Source of the DNA: an uncultured Candidatus Peribacteria bacterium
Lineage (GTDB): Bacteria; Patescibacteriota; Gracilibacteria; Peribacterales; Peribacteraceae
Assembly: GCA_964632375.1 (NCBI GenBank)
Contig: CAZWBO010000003.1
Span: forward strand, 3,678 to 46,023
Direction: 5' to 3'
DNA length: 42,346 bases
Part shown: one piece after another, positions 1-8,411 of the stretch
How positions within the stretch are numbered: position 1 is the first letter of the stretch
Layout of the letters: each line of letters opens with the position of its first letter
Made by a program: the position numbers and the translations under genes
The notes under the pieces: generated by a model
Told to the model about the DNA's origin: nothing
The model's input: only the letters and a program-made list of their open reading frames with translations
The model's database searches: none

Positions 1-1164
1 GGTCGGCAGCGTACACTCGCTCTTCTTTGCGATGCACGGCATGATGGACACGACGACGATTTTTTTGGGATCGATGCCCGCCTTCTCGGCCCACCACGTT
101 TTGTACGCGCCGCCCGCGTGGATCTGCGGCGAGCGCGCCGTGGTGAGCTGGGGGATCAGATCCGGCTTGTAGAACTCCACGAATTTCACCCACCCCGGGC
201 AGCAAGAGGTGAACATGGGGCCGGGGATGGGCGCGTCGGTGCGCGTGCCATCGGCGTAGCCCCATTTATGCCGCAGCCGCTCGAGCAGTTCCTCGGCCTC
301 CACCATGGTGGTGATGTCGGCGCCCATGTTCACGTCGAAGACTTTCGAGAAACCCAGCAGCCTGTACGCGGTACACAGCTGGCCGTACACGTTCGTGCCC
401 ACGGGCAGGCCGAACCCTTCGCCGATGCTCACGCGCACGGAGGGCGCCGTCTGCACGATGACGGTTTTTTCGTCGTCGCGCAGCGCTTCGAGCACGTAGT
501 CCACGTGGCTCTGCTCGCGGATGGCGCCGACGGGGCAGTGCACCGTGCACTGGCCGCAGTAGATGCAGTCGTTGGCGGCATCGGGGTTGAACCCCACGCG
601 TGTTTTTGAGCCGCGTCCCTCCAGACGAAGATGGCTGATGCCGATCATCTGGCACGCCTCCACGCACTTGTTGCACGCGATGCAGAGGGCCGGATCGAAC
701 TCCGCCGCCGTGCCCAGCTTATGGATCTCGCGCTGCGGATCGTCGCGCCTGTACGTGGTTCCAGTCACACCGTAGTGTGCCAGCTCTTCCGCGGTCTGGC
801 TGTAGTAGCCGTGCCGCGTGAGCGGCGAATTGCCGTGGTAGTCTCCGAAGAGGAGTTCCATGTTCTGCTGTCGCAGCCGCAGCACGTCGGGCGTATCCAA
901 CTGCACGCGCAACCCTTCGCGCGCCAGCAAGTTGCACGAGGTCGTCACCGCCGTTCCGTGCTCGGTTTCCTCTGCCACCAAACATGTCCGGCAGTTGGCG
1001 TCCACCGGCAGATCCTCGTGCGTGCAGAAGTGGGGGATGTCGATGCCGTTGCGCAGCGCGAGCTGCAGGATGCTCTCGCCCTCTGCTGCCTGGTACGGCG
1101 TGCCGTTGAGGTGCACCGTCACGGTGGGGGCTGCTTGTGTTTCGAGGGGAATGCGATTGGTCAT
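1..1164 (-). CDS. hydA: [FeFe]-hydrogenase catalytic subunit, HydA-like (first 388 codons; 3' end runs off the window)
   Basis: Own translation of the minus strand from the ATG (complement of 1162-1164): MTNRIPLETQAAPTVTVHLNGTPYQ... It has a 2Fe-2S ferredoxin-like N-domain (CTHED..CRTC..SC), 4Fe-4S motifs CIACNKCVEAC and CIYCGQCTVHCP, and H-cluster signatures FTSCCPGWV and SIMPCIAKKSE. It is missing from the ORF track because no stop lies in the window. It starts 4 nt after the stop of the upstream gene. Confidence 0.85.
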   Translation of the reverse strand, partial: MTNRIPLETQAAPTVTVHLNGTPYQAAEGESILQLALRNGIDIPHFCTHEDLPVDANCRTCLVAEETEHGTAVTTSCNLLAREGLRVQLDTPDVLRLRQQNMELLFGDYHGNSPLTRHGYYSQTAEELAHYGVTGTTYRRDDPQREIHKLGTAAEFDPALCIACNKCVEACQMIGISHLRLEGRGSKTRVGFNPDAANDCIYCGQCTVHCPVGAIREQSHVDYVLEALRDDEKTVIVQTAPSVRVSIGEGFGLPVGTNVYGQLCTAYRLLGFSKVFDVNMGADITTMVEAEELLERLRHKWGYADGTRTDAPIPGPMFTSCCPGWVKFVEFYKPDLIPQLTTARSPQIHAGGAYKTWWAEKAGIDPKKIVVVSIMPCIAKKSECTLPT

Positions 1165-1168
1165 GGGA

Positions 1169-2164
1169 TCAAGAGCGATGGAGGATGTTCCGGTAGTAGC
1201 TCACGAGTGGCACGGGCACCGATCTGCCGAGCGCGCAGAACGATGTTTTTTCCAACGTCTCGAAGATCGGCGCCATGCGATCCCAGGGGAGTTCCTCATG
1301 GTCCTCGATGAGGCGCACGAGCTGGTACGTTCCCTCGCGGCAGGGCGTGCACTTGCCGCAGCTCTCGCGGTGGAAGAAATCGAGCCACTTGCGCGCCAAC
1401 ACGCGCGGGTTCTCGTCCAGCGGATGCACGATGATCGCGCCGGTGCCGTGCACGCCGGTGGATGCCAGCTGCTCCGCGCCGTACACCGGGCCGCTGCCGC
1501 CGCCCACTTGGACGAAGTACGGGATCTGCGGGATGTTGGCCGTCTCTTGCAGCACTTGGAGCACGGTCGACGACGCCGGCAGGTGGAAGACTCCTCTGTT
1601 CGGCACGGATCCGGACACGCAGTAGAACCGCTTGTACTCGTAGGTGCCGTTCGCCACGCAGGCGATGTCGTAGAGCGTTTCGATGTTGTGGATGAGCGTC
1701 GGCTTGCCGTGCAGGCCGGCCTCCGTCGGGAACGGCGGCTTGTGGCGCGGCTCCACGCGCTTGCCCTCCATGGCGTTTAAGAGCGCCGTCTCCTCGCCGC
1801 CGATGTAGGTGGGCGATTCCTCGAACACGCGGATCTTGTAGCCGAGCTCCTTCGCCTTCGCGATGCGCGCATTCAGCTGATCCTTCAGCGTCTCTTCGTA
1901 CTCGGCGTTCATGTTGAAGATGCCCTCGCTCGCGCCGACGACCTGCATGGCGAGCTCGAGCCCGGCGAACACATCGTCTTCGTGCACTGTCAAAATGAAC
2001 AGATCCTTGAAGACGCCCGGCTCGCGTTCCGACGCGTTGGCGATGACGTACTTCGGCGTGGCCGGCGCGTCGCGCACGGCCTCCCACTTGCGCCACGCCG
2101 GGTACTCCGCGCCGCCGCGGCCGACGATGTTCGCGGCCTTCAGTTGCTCGATCAGATCAATCAC
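1169..2164 (-). CDS. NuoF/HydB-like FMN and 4Fe-4S flavoprotein subunit (short form, 331 aa)
   Basis: The ORF-track protein carries 51-kDa-subunit motifs: GRGGAEYPAWRKW, ANASEREPGVFKD, YIGGEETALLNAMEG, ESCGKCTPCREG and FCALG. It lies immediately upstream of hydA on the same strand. Confidence 0.85.
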   Translation of the reverse strand: MIDLIEQLKAANIVGRGGAEYPAWRKWEAVRDAPATPKYVIANASEREPGVFKDLFILTVHEDDVFAGLELAMQVVGASEGIFNMNAEYEETLKDQLNARIAKAKELGYKIRVFEESPTYIGGEETALLNAMEGKRVEPRHKPPFPTEAGLHGKPTLIHNIETLYDIACVANGTYEYKRFYCVSGSVPNRGVFHLPASSTVLQVLQETANIPQIPYFVQVGGGSGPVYGAEQLASTGVHGTGAIIVHPLDENPRVLARKWLDFFHRESCGKCTPCREGTYQLVRLIEDHEELPWDRMAPIFETLEKTSFCALGRSVPVPLVSYYRNILHRS

Positions 2165-2675
2165 GTCGCGGCAGGAATTTCAACACAAGCAGCGCCAATC
2201 CGCCCCCGATGAGCGCGGTGATGAACTGTGCCATGCCCATCATCGTCGTGGCGAGTGGCGCGATGCTTGCGGGAAGAAGCGTCGTTGTCAGCGCATGCGA
2301 GGCGGCGAAGAGGAAGAGGAATTTGATGACGGATGCGACGACGACACCACCCGCGGCGGAGCGACTGCGCAGGAAGTGGAATGCGGCGACGTAGAGCGCG
2401 TTGCTGATCATGATGAACGGCAGCATCGGCGCGAGCGGCAGGGGCAAGAGTCCGCTGACGAGCGCGGTCGGGCTCGGGAGGAGGCCGAGGAAGAGCGCCT
2501 CCGTCGGCCCGACGAGCACGCACGTGAGCAGGAGCATCATGTTCACGAGCGGGCCCGTGAGCAGCTGTGTGTGTCGCACCGTGAGCGGCGCGAGGGTGAT
2601 GAAGACGAAGAGCGTGAAGAGGAGCAGTCGTTTGCGGGAATCGACAAACGAGAGGGTGCGGGTAGTCGCTGGCAT
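2157..2675 (-). CDS. small multi-pass integral membrane protein (about 5 hydrophobic helices; ECF S-component-like at best)
   Basis: The ORF-track protein is almost entirely hydrophobic segments. The track start is TTG at 2681; an ATG two codons in (2675) is more likely. Its 3' end overlaps the nuoF-like start by 8 nt, which suggests translational coupling. Confidence 0.6.
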   Translation of the reverse strand: MPATTRTLSFVDSRKRLLLFTLFVFITLAPLTVRHTQLLTGPLVNMMLLLTCVLVGPTEALFLGLLPSPTALVSGLLPLPLAPMLPFIMISNALYVAAFHFLRSRSAAGGVVVASVIKFLFLFAASHALTTTLLPASIAPLATTMMGMAQFITALIGGGLALLVLKFLPRRD

Positions 2676-2751
2676 TCTCAAACCGTATCAGAGTCGGGCC
2701 CGGCTTAGCATTGACTGTGGAACATTTCCGTTTGGCATCGGCGCTGCGCCA

Positions 2752-3828
2752 TCATTCGAAGGTCAGCATCAGCACTTCATCTTGGAAGTTGGCCGACGGC
2801 TGGTCCAGCGAGCCGAGTTCCGCGAAGACGAGCACGTTGCAGGGGTCCGTCCAGAGCTTGCTGCCGTTCATCATGCCTTTCGATGCCAGGTAGGCGCGCA
2901 AGCCTGGATTGCCGTTGTACGAGGGGTAGTTGGGAACGGTATCGTCCTTTTGCAGCAGGAGGATGTGATCCTTGTCGTCACCGGTCGAGAAGGTTTGGAA
3001 GAACGCGAGGTAGCCGGAGTTGATGTACTGCCCGTTGACCAGAATGCCGAACTTCTGCCCGGCGGGGACGGTCAATTGCGCACTCTCGCCGCCGGTGCGC
3101 GAGACGGCGGCGCCGTAGTTGTTCTTGCCCGTGCCTGTGCAGGATCCCTTGCCGCTGAAGAGCGGCGACCATTTCTTGCCATCGGTCGTTTTGCAGACGA
3201 ACGCGGAAACCGGCGGACCGCCTTCGCCGAAGGTGATGAGCGATTCCATGTTCGTTACGGTGATGTCCGTCGAGGCGGTGTTGAAGATGAGCTTACCGTT
3301 GTTCAAGTGGAATTTCGTGGGACACTGGTCGGCGTAGGAAGTGGAACTGCTCGAGGGTGGCAGCGAGGATGACCAGGAACTGAGGGCGGCGGTGGCGATC
3401 TGCTGGCGGCTCACGTTGATGGTGATGGGGATGATGCGCTGGTCGTTCGTCAGCGCCGTGAGCACGATGCTGCCCGTTTTGGTGGGAATGCCGGTGATCT
3501 TCGTGTACGCCACGTCGAGCAGGCCCGAAACCGAGATGGTGGAGGGCATGGGGTACCTCTCGTCGAAGTTTGCGTCGCGCGTCGCGTACGATTGTCCTTT
3601 GTACAGCGTGCCGTTGGGCACGTAGAAGCCCCATGCGGAATCGCGCTGGCCGGTCTGTGACAGAAGGCGTGCGCGGGCCAGCCCCTGCACGGCCTGCGAG
3701 TTCACCAAATCGAGATCGCTGCGGATCTGGAACCGGTAATAGAGCGGCAGGTTGAGTGCCGCGATGACGCTGAGAATGCCGATGACGAGCAGAAGTTCGA
3801 GGAGGGTGAAAGCGGAGCGAGTGCGCAT
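2752..3828 (-). CDS. type IV pilin-like (pseudopilin) protein with Ser-rich linker and about 190-aa C-terminal extra domain
   Basis: Internal Met of the 445-aa track ORF (ATG = complement of 3826-3828) gives MRTRSAFTLLELLLVIGILSVIAAL..., a class III signal / N-methylation motif plus hydrophobic helix. The upstream 87 codons look non-coding. Confidence 0.8.
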   Translation of the reverse strand: MRTRSAFTLLELLLVIGILSVIAALNLPLYYRFQIRSDLDLVNSQAVQGLARARLLSQTGQRDSAWGFYVPNGTLYKGQSYATRDANFDERYPMPSTISVSGLLDVAYTKITGIPTKTGSIVLTALTNDQRIIPITINVSRQQIATAALSSWSSSLPPSSSSTSYADQCPTKFHLNNGKLIFNTASTDITVTNMESLITFGEGGPPVSAFVCKTTDGKKWSPLFSGKGSCTGTGKNNYGAAVSRTGGESAQLTVPAGQKFGILVNGQYINSGYLAFFQTFSTGDDKDHILLLQKDDTVPNYPSYNGNPGLRAYLASKGMMNGSKLWTDPCNVLVFAELGSLDQPSANFQDEVLMLTFE

Positions 3829-4012
3829 GACGGAAGACAGCGTAACAGCGGCGAGCGCAGGCTGGTACTGTTCGCGGTTGCCAAAGATCAGCTTCAAGCA
3901 CGAAATCCAAAAATCGATGCAGTCGAATTTCGCATTTCTTTCTTCGTGATACGATACGGTTCTGCTTCGCGTCGTCCGCCATCCGTCGCGCCCGGGTTTC
4001 CTGCTGGTCGAA

Positions 4013-5428
4013 GTGCTCATTGGCATGAGCGTGTTCGCCGTTTTTCTCGCGGCGGTGAGCACGGTGCTCCTGCGAGGGCAGGAGAGCACGCTGCAGGCGG
4101 GTGATTACACGCGCGGCGTGTACATCGCCGAGCAGTCGATCGAAGCGGCGCGCGCCATTCGCGATAAAGGATTTTCCAACCTCACCGCGGGCGCACACGG
4201 CGTCGGCTTGGCATCCGACGGCACGTGGGGGTGGAACGGCACGAAGACCGTGTCGAGCGGGACGTACGTCACGTCGCTCTCCATCACGTCGCCGTCGGCG
4301 ACGCGCCGGCAGGTGACGGCGATCACGAAGTGGAAGCACGGCTACTCGCGGTCGGGCAGCGTCGTGCTTTCCACGGAGCTCAACGATTGGCGCACGAAGC
4401 GGACAATGGGCGACTGGGCGTCGGCAACCCTCACGGGCAGCTACGTCGATGCGGGCACGCCGCTCTTCAACGACGTGGCGGTGGCGGGCAACTACGCGTT
4501 CGTCACGAGCGGCAAGAGTGCGGGTGGAGCGGGTTTATACGTGTTCGATATCTCGTCGCTCAGGTCGCCGGTGCGCGTCGCGTCATCGTTCAGCCTCAGC
4601 GGCACGGGGTACAGTGTCGCCGTGCGGGGGAGGCGCCTGTACGTCGCCGTGGCGTCGCCATCGGCCGAAATTCAAGTCTACGACATCACAGTGCCCGCCG
4701 CGCTCTCGGCCGCCACGCTCGTCACGAGCTACGATCTGCCCGGTACGGCAATGATCCGCGCCCTTACCCTGCGCGGTGCGACGCTGTACGTCGGGGCGAA
4801 GTACACAACGACGGCGGGGCAGAATCAGTTCTACACGTTCGATGTCTCGAACAGCGGGAGCGTGGTGCTGCGTGCATCGGCCTTCGAAAATGGCGACATC
4901 AACAGTATCGCGCTCACCGGGACTGCGGCGTACCTCGGCAGTTCCGTGGGCACCTACGAATTGCGCGTCTACAACGTGGCGAACCCCGCGGCGCCGGTGC
5001 GCCTGGGGAACACAAACTTGAGTGCCGGCACGCAGCAGGCGCTGAGTATCGCGATATCCGGCACATCGGCATTGGTCGGCAGAATCCGCAACGCCGCAAC
5101 GCCGGAGCTCGTGCTCTTCGACACCGAAGGCGGCGGCATGCCCGCGCCGCCGCCCGGGCCGTGGACGTACGAGGCGAGCGGGAGTGTGCTGGGCCTCGAT
5201 CTGGATCCCACCGGGTGCTACGCCTTCGTCGGCAACACGTGGACGCGGCGCGCGCTGCAGGTGGTGGATCTCGACAACCACGCCATGACACTCCTCACCT
5301 CGTACTCTTCCACCAGCGGCCCCGGCCGCGGGCTGCGGTACGATGTCGTGCGCGATGCCGTCTACTTGCTGACGCAGAAGGGGTTCCTCATCTTCCGTCC
5401 CGGCACTTCATCATCGCCCTGCCAATGA
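4013..5428 (+). CDS. pilin-like N-terminus fused to an LVIVD-repeat beta-propeller
   Basis: Repeated LYVFDIS, IQVYDIT, FYTFDVS, LRVYNVA, LVLFDTE and LQVVDLD blocks fit LVIVD repeats. The prepilin motif RPG/FLLVEVLIGMSVFAV is encoded in frame at 3989-4040, partly upstream of the first canonical start (GTG 4013). The true start is therefore probably upstream (CTG 3962?). Confidence 0.8.
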   Translation: MLIGMSVFAVFLAAVSTVLLRGQESTLQAGDYTRGVYIAEQSIEAARAIRDKGFSNLTAGAHGVGLASDGTWGWNGTKTVSSGTYVTSLSITSPSATRRQVTAITKWKHGYSRSGSVVLSTELNDWRTKRTMGDWASATLTGSYVDAGTPLFNDVAVAGNYAFVTSGKSAGGAGLYVFDISSLRSPVRVASSFSLSGTGYSVAVRGRRLYVAVASPSAEIQVYDITVPAALSAATLVTSYDLPGTAMIRALTLRGATLYVGAKYTTTAGQNQFYTFDVSNSGSVVLRASAFENGDINSIALTGTAAYLGSSVGTYELRVYNVANPAAPVRLGNTNLSAGTQQALSIAISGTSALVGRIRNAATPELVLFDTEGGGMPAPPPGPWTYEASGSVLGLDLDPTGCYAFVGNTWTRRALQVVDLDNHAMTLLTSYSSTSGPGRGLRYDVVRDAVYLLTQKGFLIFRPGTSSSPCQ

Positions 5429-5859
5429 CGCACCTGCGCGTTATCCATCGGCCATGCGGTCGGCCCGGCTACCTGCTGCTCATGACGGTGCTGATCATCG
5501 GGGCCATCGCCATCTCGACGACCATCACGTTGCTCCTCGTGAGCGGGGCGGCGGAAGGGAGCGCCTACACGCTGGGCCAGTCGATGCAGGCGGTGGAGAA
5601 CGCCCAGACATGCGTGGAGCGCGCGCTGCAGTCGCTGCGCACAGATCTCACCTACGCGGGCAGCGAGACGGTGGCACTCTCGTCGGGGAACTGCGTCATT
5701 CGCCCCGTGGGCGGGAGCGGCAACGAGGACCGGCAGATCTGCGTGCAGGGGATCGTGGGCAACACGCTGCGCCAGTTCGAAGTGCGTGTGGCGGCAGTCT
5801 ATCCGCAGCTACGCATCGCATCGTGGCTGGAAGTCACGTCCTTCTCCCTGTGCCCGTGA
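5425..5859 (+). CDS. minor pilin-like protein (PilX/GspK-like N-terminal helix)
   Basis: ATGA overlap with the previous stop. MTHLRVIHRPCGRPGYLLLMTVLIIGAIAISTT... is a basic leader, a Gly and a hydrophobic helix. It is the C-terminal part of the 544-aa track ORF. Confidence 0.65.
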   Translation: MTHLRVIHRPCGRPGYLLLMTVLIIGAIAISTTITLLLVSGAAEGSAYTLGQSMQAVENAQTCVERALQSLRTDLTYAGSETVALSSGNCVIRPVGGSGNEDRQICVQGIVGNTLRQFEVRVAAVYPQLRIASWLEVTSFSLCP

Positions 5860-6512
5860 AGCGCCTGTATTCTTTCCGGCTCAGTCGGCCATCCGCGCGC
5901 CCCGGCGTCACGCTCATCGAGTTGCTCCTGTTTCTCTGTATCTTCGCCGTTATCAGCATCGCCATCCTGCCCCTGCTCTTCCTGGCCATCGACACCCGCA
6001 TCCGGCAGCAGGCCATGGCCAGCGTGGAGCAGAACGGCATGCAGCTGATGCAGAATGTTTCCTACGTGGTGCACGGCTCGGAGCGGATTCTCGATCCGCT
6101 GCCCAATGCGACCGGGTCCGTCCTGGCCCTGCAAGTGGGGTCCGGTGCGCTCAGTCCCACGATGGTCGGCGTGAGCAGCGGCGCCATCATTCTCATACGC
6201 AGTACCACGCGCGAGGTGATCACGTCGTCGGATCTGACGGTCAGCAAATTCGTCGTGCGCAACACATCGACGTCTGCCGATCGCCAGAGCGTGCGCATCT
6301 CGTTCGATATCTCGACCACCATGCATCTGCCGCGGCCGCGTGAGTACAAGCAGTCGTTCTTCACGCTCATCGCCCTCTTTCCGGACGACCAGCTGGTGGG
6401 GAATGCCTGTGGCTGCTCCCTGCCCGACTGCACCGCGCCCAACACGTACGCGTGGCAGGTGTGCCGGTCGAACCAGTGCCTCGGGGCGAGTACGGCGCTG
6501 AATTGCCCGTAG
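5856..6512 (+). CDS. type IV pilin-like (pseudopilin) protein
   Basis: GTGA overlap with the previous stop. VKRLYSFRLSRPSARPGVTLIELLLFLCIFAVISIAIL carries the canonical G/xTLIE prepilin motif. The C-terminus is Cys-rich. Confidence 0.75.
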   Translation: MKRLYSFRLSRPSARPGVTLIELLLFLCIFAVISIAILPLLFLAIDTRIRQQAMASVEQNGMQLMQNVSYVVHGSERILDPLPNATGSVLALQVGSGALSPTMVGVSSGAIILIRSTTREVITSSDLTVSKFVVRNTSTSADRQSVRISFDISTTMHLPRPREYKQSFFTLIALFPDDQLVGNACGCSLPDCTAPNTYAWQVCRSNQCLGASTALNCP

Positions 6513-6676
6513 CATAGTGTTTGATACGAGAGGCCTTGTTCTGTCATTTCCCATGGAAAATAGCAGAGAGGGCGTGTGCGCAGGGCTCAGCGCCAACGGG
6601 GATCTGTAAGAAATCGCTCCACTAGACGACAAAGAGAGCGTACGGACTTTCTCTCTTCTTCTTTCCCCCTCTTTCT

Positions 6677-6949
6677 ATGGTCAACTTCCTCGTCTGGCTC
6701 ATTATGGGCGGTATCATCGGCTGGATCGCCAGCAAGGTGATGAACACCGACGCGCAGCAGGGCGTCTTCCTCAACATCGTCGTCGGTATCATCGGCGCGT
6801 ACCTCGGCGGTCTGCTGATCGCACCGCTGTTCGACTCCGGCACCATCAATCAGAACGACTTCAGCTTCGCCGGTCTCATCGTCTCGTTCATCGGTGCCGT
6901 CGTCCTCCTCGGCGTCGTGAACATGTTCCGCCGCGGGGCGCTCCGGTAA
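6677..6949 (+). CDS. GlsB/YeaQ/YmgE-family (transglycosylase-associated) small membrane protein
   Basis: 90 aa. MVNFLVWLIMGGIIGWIASKVM...GVFLNIVVGIIGAYLGG is the typical Gly-rich three-helix signature of this family. Confidence 0.8.
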   Translation: MVNFLVWLIMGGIIGWIASKVMNTDAQQGVFLNIVVGIIGAYLGGLLIAPLFDSGTINQNDFSFAGLIVSFIGAVVLLGVVNMFRRGALR

Positions 6950-6965
6950 GAGCTCGAATAACTCG

Positions 6966-6993
6966 AAACCCGGCTCTTCGAGGGCCGGGTTTT
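6966..6993 (+). terminator. rho-independent terminator after the GlsB-like gene
   Basis: AAACCCGGC-tcttcgagg-GCCGGGTTT: perfect 8-9 bp GC-rich stem followed by a T run. Confidence 0.7.
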
Positions 6994-6996
6994 GTG

Positions 6997-7031
6997 AATC
7001 TTGAGTCTTGAGTCTTGAAGTGCATTCTTCC
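6997..7031. repeat. tandem 7-8-nt oligorepeat (TCTTGAG x3, then TGCATTCTTCC); CTTG/CAAG family
   Basis: Read directly: aatcttgagtcttgagtcttgaagtgcattcttcc. It is related to 14772-14800 and 41779-41900. Confidence 0.8.
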
Positions 7032-7167
7032 GGATTCAAGAGACACAAGCAGGAGCATTTCCTCCCGCAGGAAGGGGAGAGACCTTACAGACAAAGAAGC
7101 AACACATTTGCACGGTGGGCATCAGGGCCTGGGGCGCCGGCGGCAGGGAAGGCACGTGATGAACAGG

Positions 7168-7192
7168 AGAAAAGGCCGCTTGCGCGACCTTT
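7168..7192 (-). terminator. terminator-like hairpin downstream of the Met-rich protein gene
   Basis: Minus-strand AAAGGTCGC-GCAA-GCGGCCTTT followed by TTC: 9-bp stem with one G-U pair and a GNRA loop. Confidence 0.5.
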
Positions 7193-7229
7193 ATGCTCCG
7201 CTCTATGGGTGAATGGGTGTGGGTGTGGC

Positions 7230-7775
7230 TTACTTCGAGGATGTCGATGACTGCGTCCATTTCCCGCGGCCGCGGCCCATCATCTTGCCCATGCCATTCG
7301 CCTTCTTGTCATCATCGATGTTGCCGCCCATCATCGGCCCGTGCATGCCCATCCCCATCCCCATGCCGTTCGCGTTGCCGCACGCTGTGCGGATGGTCTG
7401 CATCAGCGCTGTCGTGTCCGTCTTATTTGCGTCCATGACAGCCTGCATGGCGGTGCGGAAGTCATCCTCGGCTTTCTTGAGTGCGTCCTTGCGCTGCGTG
7501 TCGTCGGCGATGCCCGCGGCGGCGGTAAGAGCAGTCTTGTGCGCTTGTGTGGCGGTCTTCTGCGCGGCGGTCTTCGCGTCGATGTGCGAGAGGAACAGAT
7601 CGTCCTTCTGCGCCATGGCCTGGATGCAGGCTTGCGAGGCAACCGGACGATTAGCGGCAGTCGTTCTGCCAGTGGCCGCGCTGCTCGAAGCGGCAAGGCT
7701 GCCCTGAGCCAGGAGGGGAATGGCGATGGCGAGCGAGGTCATGCCCGTCGCGACGCCCAGCGTGAATTTCTTCAT
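7230..7775 (-). CDS. secreted helical protein with Met/Gly/His-rich tail (Spy/CpxP/ZraP-like?)
   Basis: Signal peptide MKKFTLGVATGMTSLAIAIPLLAQG, then a helical Ala/Lys/Gln-rich body, then GNANGMGMGMGMHGPMMGG...GMGKMMGRGRG. The functional call is a guess based on resemblance to the ZraP Gly/Met/His tail. Confidence 0.7.
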   Translation of the reverse strand: MKKFTLGVATGMTSLAIAIPLLAQGSLAASSSAATGRTTAANRPVASQACIQAMAQKDDLFLSHIDAKTAAQKTATQAHKTALTAAAGIADDTQRKDALKKAEDDFRTAMQAVMDANKTDTTALMQTIRTACGNANGMGMGMGMHGPMMGGNIDDDKKANGMGKMMGRGRGKWTQSSTSSK

Positions 7776-7941
7776 AGGAGAAGAGAGGAAAAGAAAGTAA
7801 AAAATTGATCTGTAACCAGTATACGATGACGGGATTAAGAAGAGCTTAATGGTGCATTAAGGTGTGTTTTCATGGGCATGCTTCTCTGCGTACGTCGCGG
7901 GGCCGGCGTCTAAAATCCATCGGAGTGTTGGTGTCGATCCA

Positions 7942-8211
7942 TCAGCTTTTCTTCCAGCGTCCCAGCGACGGAATCACGCTCCGCGCCAGCTCCTCGGCAC
8001 GTTCTTCGGGCATCTTCAACTCCTGTGTCATATTCTCGATGGAGAGCTGGATCATCTGCTCTTGGGTGAGGTCGGGCCGCGTGAAGGCGCCGTCGTTGTA
8101 GCAGAAGACGCAGTACGTCTTCTCGGCCGAGCCATCTGCCGTGGTGCCGTAGTTCGCCTGTTCGTCACCGATGGGCATGCCGCAGCTCTGGCAACGCGTC
8201 TTCTGATCCAT
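7942..8211 (-). CDS. zinc-ribbon domain protein (CxxC...CxxC)
   Basis: Internal ATG (complement of 8209-8211) gives MDQKTRCQSCGMPIGDEQANYGTTADGSAEKTYCVFCYNDGAFT..., the pattern of the putative zinc-ribbon family. The upstream 66 codons of the track ORF look non-coding. Confidence 0.7.
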   Translation of the reverse strand: MDQKTRCQSCGMPIGDEQANYGTTADGSAEKTYCVFCYNDGAFTRPDLTQEQMIQLSIENMTQELKMPEERAEELARSVIPSLGRWKKS

Positions 8212-8411
8212 GCGTGGAATGGTAGCGGAAGGGGCGCGGGAGTTCCAAGGGCGTTCCAGGGACGAAGAGAACGCCTGAGAGCCTGTGTAAAAAGCCGTCA
8301 AACGCGTGTCGTCCCTCGTCTCCGCTCGGGATGACACGCTTCGCTTCTGGTTGTAGAGCACAATCGTCTGGCTCAGGATGACAACGGCGCTCTGCGGGAG
8401 GAAATACATTT

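Noticed and set aside
3947-3949. Genome-wide reassignment of TGA (code 4 or 25) as the explanation for the in-frame TGA ahead of the pilin motif.
   Set aside because: Conserved genes (the nuoF-like gene, rplQ, purE, rpmJ, infA, rpsK) terminate at TGA at the expected protein lengths, and overlapping ATGA/GTGA junctions behave as stop/start pairs.
4225-5424. N-terminal 400 codons of the 544-aa plus-strand ORF 4225-5859.
   Set aside because: It is an out-of-frame overlap with the LVIVD-pilin gene. Only the last 144 codons, from ATG 5425, show pilin-like features.
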